Shown piece after piece: positions 55,860-64,000 of a stretch of 64,000 nucleotides of DNA. Origin of the DNA: Deltaproteobacteria bacterium (lineage in GTDB: Bacteria > Bdellovibrionota > JACOXK01); assembly GCA_016186995.1 (NCBI GenBank), contig JACPKQ010000007.1, positions 52,226 through 116,225 on the forward strand, given 5' to 3'. A program made the position numbers and the translations under genes. The notes under the pieces are model-generated. The model searched no databases and was not told the origin of the DNA. It saw nothing but the letters and a program-made list of their open reading frames with translations. Position 1 is the stretch's first letter; each line of letters starts with the position of its first letter.

Positions 55860-56536
55860 ACATAAACCTCTTCAGAGAGGCTTACTTCAATTTGTGAAGC
55901 TTCTTGTTTTCGAATCGAGACAAGAGAACCTCTTACCTGAATTTCAAACGGATCTCCTAAAGGAGCTATTTTTAAAAGTTTAATTTTTGTTCCTGAAAGA
56001 ACTCCCATTTCCATGAGACGTGTTTTAGTAGAGCCATCTGAACGAATAGATTCAATGCGAGCCACTTGTCCTGGTTTAAGTTGATCCGCGGTGAGAGGAA
56101 TCGACATAGAGTGATTGAGCTTTTGTAATGTGTTGAAAAATAAATCGACCTCACCGGGGTTTAAAATTTCTCTAATTTTTTTTGTGAGATTTTTGTGAAA
56201 CTGTGTGTGCCAGTAGTTGAGTTTGTTTCCACGTTCAGTGAGTTCAAGAGAAACAATTCTACGATCTGATTCATCGCGCGTTCTTTTAAGATATTTTTTT
56301 TCCTCAATGCGGTTTACAAGTGAGGTCAGAGAGGATTGTGTAATTTGAAGATCCTGTGCAATAACATTCATAGGTTGAGGCGCTTCGTATTTTCCTAATT
56401 CGTAAACAACGTGAATTTCGGTATAGGTAAGATCTTTGGCCAACAATTCATTTTCAAATGCTTTTTCTTCAATTTCATGTACACGATTGATAAAATTAAA
56501 AAGCCACTGATTGTACTTATCCGGTTGATACATCAA
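55856..56536 (-). CDS. MarR-type winged-helix regulator fused to a C-terminal FeoA (SH3-like) domain
   Basis: The wHTH is MNVIAQDLQITQSSLTSLVNRIEEKKYLKRTRDESDRRIVSLELTERG. The FeoA domain is LKPGQVARIESI...RLMEMGVLSGTKIKLLKIAPLGDPFEIQVRGSLVSIRKQEASQIEV. The stop overlaps the feoB start (ATGA). Confidence 0.65.
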   Translation of the reverse strand: MMYQPDKYNQWLFNFINRVHEIEEKAFENELLAKDLTYTEIHVVYELGKYEAPQPMNVIAQDLQITQSSLTSLVNRIEEKKYLKRTRDESDRRIVSLELTERGNKLNYWHTQFHKNLTKKIREILNPGEVDLFFNTLQKLNHSMSIPLTADQLKPGQVARIESIRSDGSTKTRLMEMGVLSGTKIKLLKIAPLGDPFEIQVRGSLVSIRKQEASQIEVSLSEEVYV

Positions 56537-56669
56537 TCCCCCACCATTATAATGTTTGAATGCCTAATAGTTAGGCTAACTAACTATTTTTAGTGTAGAA
56601 AGTCAATCCCCTTTTAAGTTATTGAAATTCCAAGGGGGATAGACAATAATAATAGTTATAAGAGAGGTA

Positions 56670-57485
56670 TTGCTTGTGATTTTGTCATTACACGACATTT
56701 TTTTCCAATTTACTGTCCTTTTTGGGGTGGGTATTTTTCTCCTTTTAATACCTTTGCCAGTCAAATTTATAGGGGAAAAGTTTTTCGAATCACAAACATG
56801 GTTTGCTGTAGGTTGTCTTTCTTTAGGTTTATTAGGACGCTTTTATCAGTTTATCTCGCAGCACAGGGAGCTTCCTTTTTATCTTTTTCTTTATGTTTTG
56901 GTGGTGGGGCTTTCTTTTCTTTATGTTCGTTTTTTAAGAGAAACCCAATTTCAAAGTGCTAAAGTGGTTCTTTTTCTTCAAGCTGTGCTTATTATTGTAG
57001 GACTCTATTTTCATGCAGGAGATCTTTCAAGAAATCGTTTTTATTTTGAAAACATAGGTATTTTTACACAATTTTTAATGTCTTCTTTTTTATTGGGTTC
57101 TGTTTTTACCTCGATGATGCTCTGTCATTGGTTTTTTATGAATCATAAACTTCCTATTAAGTATTTAAAAAGAATGAGTCAGATTTTTACGTTTTCTCTG
57201 ATTGCTAAAATATTTTTTACAGGCGTTGTTCTCTGGGTTTGGAAAATTTACTTTTCAGATGATTTTTCACGTCTTGTTGCCTTTGAGGGTGGGTTTATAT
57301 ACCTCATGATGCGATTTATATTAGGGCTTTTATTTCCATTGATTCTGGCTTTTGGAACAGAGGTTACTATTAAACTTCCCACAAATCATGCAGCTATTGG
57401 TATTCTTTATGTAGCTGTTATTTTCATTTTTATGGGTGAGGTGTTAGGGCAATACCTTTCATTAATACAGAGGATCCCACTTTAA
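56670..57485 (+). CDS. Hypothetical integral membrane protein (about 8 TM segments)
   Basis: Highly hydrophobic 271-aa ORF, possibly starting at TTG. No motif. Confidence 0.4.
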   Translation: MLVILSLHDIFFQFTVLFGVGIFLLLIPLPVKFIGEKFFESQTWFAVGCLSLGLLGRFYQFISQHRELPFYLFLYVLVVGLSFLYVRFLRETQFQSAKVVLFLQAVLIIVGLYFHAGDLSRNRFYFENIGIFTQFLMSSFLLGSVFTSMMLCHWFFMNHKLPIKYLKRMSQIFTFSLIAKIFFTGVVLWVWKIYFSDDFSRLVAFEGGFIYLMMRFILGLLFPLILAFGTEVTIKLPTNHAAIGILYVAVIFIFMGEVLGQYLSLIQRIPL

Positions 57486-57492
57486 GTTTAAT

Positions 57493-58035
57493 ATGAGACT
57501 TTTTTTATCTATAGATATTGACCGTTCTGTTTTGTTAAAAGTTGAAGAGATTCAAAAAGAGATCAAGCAAAAAGTAGGTTTTAATTGGGTGCCACCAGAA
57601 AATTTTCATATTACGCTTAAGTTTCTAGATGCCTTTAAAAAAGATCAGGTAGAAGGGCTTAAAATTCTTTTAGGAAGTATTAAACTACCTTCTTTTAAAT
57701 TAAGTTTAGAAAAACTTGAACTTTTTCCAACAGTTTCCGAACCCAAAGTTTTTATTTATTCTTTAGGTGGGGATAGTGAAAGGCTTGAAGAATTGCATGA
57801 GCTTATTGAAAAAAGTTGTCGCACACTGGGCTTTGCAAGAGAAAAAAGAAAGTTTCATCCACATTTAACATTAGCTCGAGTTAAAAAATTAAGTGAGGTT
57901 AAAAAAGTGTTTTCTTATTTAAATAAAAAATGTGGATTAGAGTTTAACGTTAATAGTTTTTGTCTTATGCACAGTACTCTCACCCCTGAAGGTGCCCAAT
58001 ACTCACTGATTAAGGAGTTTAAACTTCATGAATAA
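57493..58035 (+). CDS. thpR: RNA 2',3'-cyclic phosphodiesterase / 2'-5' RNA ligase (2H phosphoesterase family)
   Basis: Two H-x-T-x motifs, HITLKFL and HLTLARV. The length of 180 aa is typical of LigT/ThpR. Confidence 0.8.
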   Translation: MRLFLSIDIDRSVLLKVEEIQKEIKQKVGFNWVPPENFHITLKFLDAFKKDQVEGLKILLGSIKLPSFKLSLEKLELFPTVSEPKVFIYSLGGDSERLEELHELIEKSCRTLGFAREKRKFHPHLTLARVKKLSEVKKVFSYLNKKCGLEFNVNSFCLMHSTLTPEGAQYSLIKEFKLHE

Positions 58036-58687
58036 ATATAAATCTTTTCTATTGGGTAAAAGTGCTCAAGATCGAAATATAGAGGGTTTTGAATTTGGTA
58101 CAAGTGGGCGTTCACTTCATATTTATGGCGGTATTCATGGAGATGAACCAGAAAGTGTCGATGTTCTCTTACGATTCATAGAAGTTTTGAAAGAAGAGGG
58201 AAGTGTGTATGATGGTAAACATGTTTATATTATTCCTAATTTAAATCCTGATGGATGGTTTTTAAAAACACGTGTGAATGCCAATAAGGTAGATTTAAAT
58301 AGAAATTTTCCAAGTAGTAATTGGAGCCCTCAATTTGAACTTTTAAAAAACAATCCTGGCAAAAAACCTCTTTCAGAACCTGAAATAAAATTGTTAGTAC
58401 AGTTTGTTGAAAAACATCCTCCACAAGTTGTTCTTTCTGTGCATTCTTGGTTACCTCAAGTAAATTATGATGGCCCTGCGCTTTCGATAGCACGCACACT
58501 TGCTAAGGCCACAGGCTATAAAGTGACCGATCACATAGGATATGCAACGCCAGGCTCTTTAGGGGCTTGGTTGGGGGATGATCAAAAAATTCCTGTTGTT
58601 ACGCTTGAGGTGCCTGAAAAAACAAATTTTGACAGAGTGTGGATGGAGAACAAAAAAGCCCTTTTAACCTTTATCAAAAAGGCATAG
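58028..58687 (+). CDS. M14-family zinc carboxypeptidase-like protein (MpaA / succinylglutamate desuccinylase-aspartoacylase-type)
   Basis: The zinc ligands are in GGIHGDEPES (HxxE) and a downstream His in SVHSW. NPDG and DLNRNFP are typical of the M14/AstE-AspA family. Confidence 0.55.
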   Translation: MNKYKSFLLGKSAQDRNIEGFEFGTSGRSLHIYGGIHGDEPESVDVLLRFIEVLKEEGSVYDGKHVYIIPNLNPDGWFLKTRVNANKVDLNRNFPSSNWSPQFELLKNNPGKKPLSEPEIKLLVQFVEKHPPQVVLSVHSWLPQVNYDGPALSIARTLAKATGYKVTDHIGYATPGSLGAWLGDDQKIPVVTLEVPEKTNFDRVWMENKKALLTFIKKA

Positions 58688-58706
58688 CTCTTATTTTGAG
58701 TAATAA

Positions 58707-60692
58707 TTGGGCATTTTTTTGACTTTTAGGGTTTTCTCCGAGATACTTCAGAAAGAAATGAGAGATCTCTCTCGAAAAGACGACGTTCTTGTCATATCTG
58801 ATGATTCTCAATTTTTGAAATCATTTCTTGAAAAGTTTCAAGATCCTTTATTTTCTTTTTCCTATTTTTCAAGTAAAGAAGAGGCTCAAGATTTTTTGAA
58901 GGTCCGAAAACCGCTTATTATTTTAGGTGGAGAAAACTTTGTTTCCTTTCTTGAAGAAGCAAAAAAAGTTTCGCCTTATTCTGTAAGAGTTTTTTTGTCT
59001 GAAGAAAATAATTTAGAAACAATTCAAGAGGCCATTAATCAAGCTGATGTTTATCGTGTCATTTCTTCTGATTCTGATCTGATTCATTTAAGAAAAACAC
59101 TTCGAGAGGTAAGAGAATACGGCATGATTTATAGTGAAAACCAAAAACTTCTTCAAAAAGCAGAAGAGCAATCTTTAGAATTAGATCAGATGATTCTTTC
59201 TTTAGAAAAAAATATTGAAGAAAGAACAAAAATACTAGCAGAATCTCGTCTTGAAATTTCTCAAACTGAAGCTGAGTTAGAGCATCTTAATAAATTTCTT
59301 AAGAACATTAGTATGGCTATGACTATAGAGGATATTAAAGTATGGCTTGAAAAAGAGCTTAAAAACATTCTTCCTATTGATGAACTTTCTTTAGTGGTGA
59401 ACGAGCCGCAACCACGGGGTTTTAAGAATGCCGATAAATTTACGGTGGCTTTTCCTCTTATTTACGGAACAAAACTTTTAGGACATTTTTATTTACGTGG
59501 AAAAGATGAAGAACTTTTAAAACAAGCAGAACTTCTTCTAGGGTTTTTACAACAAGTAACTCATACTATTGCTATTACGGTTGATCGTATTCAATCTTTT
59601 GAAGCGATTGCTCAAGATAAAAAGGCATGGGAGGCTTCTTTTGATGCGATTGTCGATCCGGTTGCTATTTTAAATCATCATTATGAAGTGATTCGTGCGA
59701 ATTCAGCTTATGCTCGTGCAAGTGGAACCTCTCTTCAAAAACTTTTTGGAAGAAAATGTTATGAAGTTTTTGAAAATAGAAAAACATTTTGTGAGGGGTG
59801 TTATGTAAAAGAAGCATTTTCAGCTAACCAAGGTGTCATGTCTGATATTTCAAGTTTAAAACAAAATAAAAAGTATAAGGCAACAAGTTACCCAGTTTTG
59901 GACAAAAACGGAAAAGTAAAATTTATTGTTCAGTATTATAAGGATGTGACTCGAGAACACAGTTATAGGGATCAGCTTGTAAGAGCTGAAAAAACAGCAG
60001 AATTGGGCATTTTAGCAGGAAGTATTGCCCATGAAATTAATAATCCGTTAGGGGGTATTTTGGCTTTTGTGCAAATTCTTAAGTCTGAACTACAAGAAAA
60101 AGAACCACTTTTTGAAGATATTCTTGATATTGAAGAAGCGGCACTTCGTTGTAAACGTATTATTGAAAATCTGCTTAAATTTGCAAGACAGTCTAGAGAT
60201 GAGAAAAGAAAAAAATATTACCTTCAAAATATTTTAAAACTTTCTATTGCGTTGATTGAGTTTCAAGCCAAACATTTTAATATTTCAATCACAAAAAAAA
60301 TATCTTCAAAACCTATTTATATTTTAGGGCACTTCAATCAACTCTGGCAGGCAATTGTAAATATATTAGAAAATGCCATTGAAGCTGTAGTTGAAAAAAA
60401 AGAGGGGGCAAAAAAAATAAAAATTACTGTGCAAACCTTTTCGAAGAAAACGGAGAAAGGTATAGAAAAATGTGTACGTATTGCTCTTATCAATAATGGT
60501 AAACCCATTTCAAAGTCTGAGTTATCAAAAATTTTTGATCCTCTTTACACCACAAAAGACCCACAAAAAAATCCAGGGCTTGGGCTTTCCATGAGTCAGA
60601 GTATTGTACAAGATCATGGTGGGCAATTAAGAGTGTATCAAACCCCCAAAAAAGAGACAGTATTTGCCATAACGCTGCCTGTTTTTGAGTAA
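58707..60692 (+). CDS. Sensor histidine kinase (NtrB/AtoS-like) with an N-terminal pseudo-receiver, coiled coil, PAS/GAF-like region, HisKA and HATPase_c
   Basis: The H box is AGSIAHEINNPLGGI. The N/G boxes are in NAIEAV...NNGKPI...GLGLSMS. A probable ATG start lies at 58762. Confidence 0.8.
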   Translation: MGIFLTFRVFSEILQKEMRDLSRKDDVLVISDDSQFLKSFLEKFQDPLFSFSYFSSKEEAQDFLKVRKPLIILGGENFVSFLEEAKKVSPYSVRVFLSEENNLETIQEAINQADVYRVISSDSDLIHLRKTLREVREYGMIYSENQKLLQKAEEQSLELDQMILSLEKNIEERTKILAESRLEISQTEAELEHLNKFLKNISMAMTIEDIKVWLEKELKNILPIDELSLVVNEPQPRGFKNADKFTVAFPLIYGTKLLGHFYLRGKDEELLKQAELLLGFLQQVTHTIAITVDRIQSFEAIAQDKKAWEASFDAIVDPVAILNHHYEVIRANSAYARASGTSLQKLFGRKCYEVFENRKTFCEGCYVKEAFSANQGVMSDISSLKQNKKYKATSYPVLDKNGKVKFIVQYYKDVTREHSYRDQLVRAEKTAELGILAGSIAHEINNPLGGILAFVQILKSELQEKEPLFEDILDIEEAALRCKRIIENLLKFARQSRDEKRKKYYLQNILKLSIALIEFQAKHFNISITKKISSKPIYILGHFNQLWQAIVNILENAIEAVVEKKEGAKKIKITVQTFSKKTEKGIEKCVRIALINNGKPISKSELSKIFDPLYTTKDPQKNPGLGLSMSQSIVQDHGGQLRVYQTPKKETVFAITLPVFE

Positions 60693-60839
60693 AATTGACA
60701 GAAAAGTAATCAAAATGATACTGTGAATTTAGGGTTATGGTTGTGTTGCTGTTCTCAATTTTTCAATCGTACGTGTAGAAGTAGGGTTGCTTGTTGATTA
60801 CTTTTCATCCCTTATGGAGAGGAGACGGGCAAGACTATT

Positions 60840-62222
60840 ATGTCTTTAAAAAAAATTCTCATTATCGATGACGAATCTTCCTGCCGAATAGCTCTTGGAA
60901 AATTTCTCACAAAAGAAAATTACGATGTTAAATCTGTTCGAAAAGGTGAAGAAGCTTTAGAACTTTTTAAAAACCAACATTTTGATCTTGTCATTACTGA
61001 TTTAAAAATGCCAGATGTAGATGGCATGGAAATTGTTTCTTTCATTTCAAAAAATTTTCCAGAAACACATTCTATTGTGATGACGGGTTTTGGAAGTATT
61101 GAATCTTCTATTGAAGCTTTAAAAAGAGGAGCCTTTCACTACATTACAAAACCGTTTCGTCTTGAAGAAATAAAAAATCTTGTTCAAAAAGCAATAGGTG
61201 AAAAAGAACTTCAAAAAGCAAATCAACTTTACAGAAAAGAGCTTCAAGCAACTTATCAGTTTGAAAACATTATAGGCGAAAGTCGTAAAATGAAAGACGT
61301 TTTTGAACTTATTGAAAAGGTGGCGGTTACTGATTGTACGGTGCTTATAACGGGCGAAAGTGGTACTGGGAAAGAACTTGTGGTACGGGCTATCCATTAT
61401 AATAGTTTAAGGTCTAAAAAACCCTTGGTTACAGTTAATTGTGGAGCTATTCCTGAAAGCCTTCTTGAATCAGAGCTTTTTGGGCATATGAAAGGTTCGT
61501 TCACAGGGGCCATTTCTAATAGAGAGGGGCGTTTTGAAACGGCAGACAAGGGGACCCTTTTTTTAGATGAAATTGGAAGCATGCCTTTCGCTTTACAAGT
61601 AAAACTTCTTCGTGTTCTTCAAACAAAGTCTTTTGATCCTGTCGGAGGAAAAACAAGACAAGTTGATGTTCGAATTATAGCTGCTACGAATCGTGATTTA
61701 GAGCAAGCAGTGAACAAAAATGAGTTTCGTGAAGATCTTTTCTATCGCTTGAATGTTATTCCTATTCACATTGCTCCTTTAAGAGAGCGAAAAGAAGATA
61801 TACCCCTGTTGATTGACCACTTTGTTAAAAACTTTAATAAAAGAAATCCTAACAAGAAGGTATCAGGTATTTCAGGAGAAGCCCTTCGTATTATGCTCGA
61901 TTATGATTGGCCGGGTAATGTAAGACAGCTTGAAAATATTATTGAAAGAATTTTAATACTCAAGGAAAAAGGGGGTATTCTTCCAAAAGACTTGCCACTT
62001 AAAATGTATCAAGATCAAAATGGTAAAAAACACTTTGATGTTTCTATTCCAGAAGATGGTCTTGATTTTAATAATATGATTGATGAATTTGAAGAGAATA
62101 TTTTAAGACAGGCGCTTCATCAAACAAAGTGGAATCAAAACAAAGCTGCAAAACTTTTAAAATTAAAACGCACCACTCTTATCGAAAAACTCAAAAGAAA
62201 AAAAATCTCAAAACCTCTTTAA
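60840..62222 (+). CDS. Sigma-54-dependent response regulator (NtrC/AtoC family enhancer-binding protein): receiver, AAA+ sigma-54 activator domain and Fis-type HTH
   Basis: The receiver is ILIIDDE...LVITDLKMPDVDG. Walker A is GESGTGKE. The GAFTGA-like loop is GSFTGA. ESELFGH is present. The C-terminal HTH is NQNKAAKLLKLKRTTLIEKLKR. Confidence 0.9.
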   Translation: MSLKKILIIDDESSCRIALGKFLTKENYDVKSVRKGEEALELFKNQHFDLVITDLKMPDVDGMEIVSFISKNFPETHSIVMTGFGSIESSIEALKRGAFHYITKPFRLEEIKNLVQKAIGEKELQKANQLYRKELQATYQFENIIGESRKMKDVFELIEKVAVTDCTVLITGESGTGKELVVRAIHYNSLRSKKPLVTVNCGAIPESLLESELFGHMKGSFTGAISNREGRFETADKGTLFLDEIGSMPFALQVKLLRVLQTKSFDPVGGKTRQVDVRIIAATNRDLEQAVNKNEFREDLFYRLNVIPIHIAPLRERKEDIPLLIDHFVKNFNKRNPNKKVSGISGEALRIMLDYDWPGNVRQLENIIERILILKEKGGILPKDLPLKMYQDQNGKKHFDVSIPEDGLDFNNMIDEFEENILRQALHQTKWNQNKAAKLLKLKRTTLIEKLKRKKISKPL

Positions 62223-62806
62223 AAAATACAAAAGTCAGTAAATTATTTTATGCTGTTTGTTGTTTTAGAAATATCAAACTTCCAAGCCATGAGGAGGCAT
62301 AACCATATCTCCTAATGAGCCCGCTGTAAGATTGAGAATGTTGAAGTCCACCCTCTCCCTAGCCCTCTCCCATCAAGGGAGAGGGAATAGCTGATAACTA
62401 CCAGGAAGTGACATCGGAATTCACTGCTATAAACCAGGGGACCTCCTCGGCCACTTCTGTGGCCTCGAGGTGAAATGCACGCAGTGCATTTCATCCTGGT
62501 GTTCGCGAGATGGTGATTCATCTGCTTGAGAAATGTTTGACAGTCTTGTAACGTGGGCCGGATGAAAAAAGCCAAAATTCGAGATTTCTCATTCAAAGAT
62601 TTTATCTTGGATCAACTTTCTGACTTGCCCGAGACGATTGCTTCTCCAATGTTTAGCAGCTACGGTCTTTACTCCAACGATATATTCTTCGGGATCATAA
62701 ACGATGGCATCCTTAAGATTAAAGCAACCTGTTAGATTTGTGACGCTGTCTAATATTTGAATACTTTTGAGTATGGAAAAGGGGTACGTTTAAGCTTGAA
62801 AAGGGG

Positions 62807-62821
62807 TGGCACGTGAGTTGC
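62807..62821 (+). promoter_or_regulatory. Sigma-54 -24/-12 promoter, TGGCAC-N5-TTGC
   Basis: gTGGCACgtgagTTGCa. It lies 35 bp upstream of ATG 62856 and immediately downstream of the sigma-54 activator gene. Confidence 0.6.
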
Positions 62822-62855
62822 AAAGAAAACCCCTATCTTGAAAAAAGGGGGGACC

Positions 62856-63929
62856 ATGACATACCGAAAGCGTTTGTTAGCGATTCTTTTAGGAATTTTT
62901 TCCTTAGCGATTTTAGGCTGTGGGGCCAGAACCTCAGAAGCTCCTAAGCCTTTTTACTCTGAATTTCTCTGGACGGCGCAAAACATAGACTCGAAAGAGC
63001 CCATGCAATTTGCCAGCATGAGTGAGAATCAAATAGTAGAAACTTTAAGAACAAAATATGGAATAAAAGTGATTATTTTAAGTAGTGCTGAAACCCCCAA
63101 CCCTCACTTAACGATTGGAAATTTAAGAGAAGACAGAGATCTGGTCTCCTATTTTGAACAGGACGCAGAAGATCAAATTTGTGTAAAAACAGGAACTTGT
63201 AAAGAAGAAAGTGAAGTTGCAGCAGGACAGTTCTTATATCCTTATGAACATAGGCATTCCTCTGTAGACAATTTAGAAGCAGGCACTCATCGTCCAGGCT
63301 TAAATAAACCTATTATTGTTTTAACAAAAAGTTCGACTCGCCGGCATATGATTCATGAGTTTATGCATTATTATTTAGGGACTTTAACCAACGATGATGT
63401 TCCTCAAACAATAGATGGAGTGCTTCATTGTAATCGCTGCTCTCGAATTGTAGAAACATTGCAACTCAATCGCCTTCTTTCTGAGAAACAAAAATTTCAT
63501 GATGAGAATATCAACACATTTTCTTCTCAGGCCCATTATAATTTAGATATGGAGTTAGAAAAAATAAGAACACAAATAATCATCAATAATTTCACAACTC
63601 TTTTGAAAAAAGGAGAAGAGATTGATATTCATCGTTTTTGCTTTGATCATAGAAAAAAGTTGGGTTTTAACACAGAAGAAGCCGCGCAAGATTTGGGAGC
63701 CATTGTTGGATATGTAAAGGAAATTTCTAAGAAAATGAAAGATATGAATATGGAAACCGTAGCCAAAAATATCCAAAAAAATATTAATTTATATTCTCCA
63801 GATGTCCAATCCACACTTTCTAAATTAGAAGATCTTTTTGAAAAGATTAACTCTAAAATAACGGAGTCCAAAGGATGGATCAGCTCTATTGGGATACCCG
63901 GTTCAATATGGGAGGAAGATCTTAACTAA
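62856..63929 (+). CDS. Lipoprotein with an HExxH metallopeptidase-like motif
   Basis: Lipobox LAILGCGA. The HExxH motif is MIHEFMHYY. The TTG at 62838 is an alternative upstream start. Confidence 0.5.
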   Translation: MTYRKRLLAILLGIFSLAILGCGARTSEAPKPFYSEFLWTAQNIDSKEPMQFASMSENQIVETLRTKYGIKVIILSSAETPNPHLTIGNLREDRDLVSYFEQDAEDQICVKTGTCKEESEVAAGQFLYPYEHRHSSVDNLEAGTHRPGLNKPIIVLTKSSTRRHMIHEFMHYYLGTLTNDDVPQTIDGVLHCNRCSRIVETLQLNRLLSEKQKFHDENINTFSSQAHYNLDMELEKIRTQIIINNFTTLLKKGEEIDIHRFCFDHRKKLGFNTEEAAQDLGAIVGYVKEISKKMKDMNMETVAKNIQKNINLYSPDVQSTLSKLEDLFEKINSKITESKGWISSIGIPGSIWEEDLN

Positions 63930-64000
63930 GTTTTTTAGAGATACAGTCAAACCGCTGATAGAGTGTGTAGCTACCAGACTTAAAGCCTGAGATTCTTCGC

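Noticed and set aside
62290-62740. tmRNA (ssrA) assignment for the GC-rich intergenic block; small ORFs 62312-62596(-) and 62553-62735(+)
   Set aside because: Only a short internal stretch resembles tmRNA. There is no GGGG...tRNA-Ala-like acceptor or T-arm (GGTTCGANTCC) and no plausible tag reading frame. The ORFs lack an RBS and signals. I kept it as an unclassified structured element.

Overview
This is an AT-rich (about 35% GC) 64-kb window from a diderm bacterium, read from an outer-membrane porin and many lipobox lipoproteins; the lineage is unresolved. I called about 53 protein genes, one tRNA-His(GTG), four canonical sigma-54 promoters, two rho-independent terminators, and a dispersed family of short palindromic repeats. 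Several genes start on TTG or GTG.

Layout:
- **1-5.6 kb, nuclease-rich accessory island.** A C-terminally truncated zinc-ribbon-repeat protein ending in a DUF559 (Vsr-like) domain is translationally coupled (ATGGGTAA) to a DUF2779 nuclease (Cas4-like domain fused to a DnaQ-like exonuclease). The island also holds a MerR-like regulator, a NUMOD-repeat protein and a GIY-YIG homing-endonuclease-like gene. A diverged N-terminal fragment of the downstream HAD hydrolase gene sits at the left edge of this insertion.
- **8.4-10.4 kb.** A single-domain response regulator paired with a sensor histidine kinase.
- **12.2-19.2 kb.** A sigma-54-promoted cluster: Kelch-propeller lipoprotein, B12-binding radical SAM enzyme, discrete acyl carrier protein (ACP), FabH-like ketoacyl-ACP synthase III (KAS III), SAM-dependent methyltransferase, and a PilZ-domain protein. 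I read this as a candidate acyl-ACP-derived lipid or natural-product pathway.
- **19-31 kb.** An orphan histidine kinase, a CADD/PqqC-like diiron oxidase and a hybrid histidine kinase/receiver. Next come an OprO/P-like porin and a 1715-aa Ser/Thr-kinase/AAA/TPR/GAF/histidine-kinase dual-kinase protein. The region ends with a methyltransferase and a HEAT-repeat protein.
- **31-63 kb, mostly housekeeping.** Recognisable genes are maeB (NADP-malic enzyme), 2-oxo-acid dehydrogenase E1 alpha/beta, Bcp, cytochrome c, NhaC, a CaCA exchanger, a KefB-like antiporter, MarR-FeoA plus feoB, ThpR and an M14 peptidase. This part also contains an NtrB/NtrC-like histidine kinase with a sigma-54 activator, and secreted or lipoprotein genes of unknown function; two of the latter carry HExxH motifs.

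The items I would look at first are the four perfect TGGCAY-N5-TTGC promoters upstream of lipoprotein genes (together with the sigma-54 activator in this window), the nuclease island, and the biosynthetic cluster. Close behind come two paralogous secreted Arg/Glu/Asp-rich proteins (one with a roughly 120-aa RD/RE dipeptide tail), the ~GCGATGACAG palindromic repeat family, and a GC-rich hairpin block at 62.3-62.6 kb.
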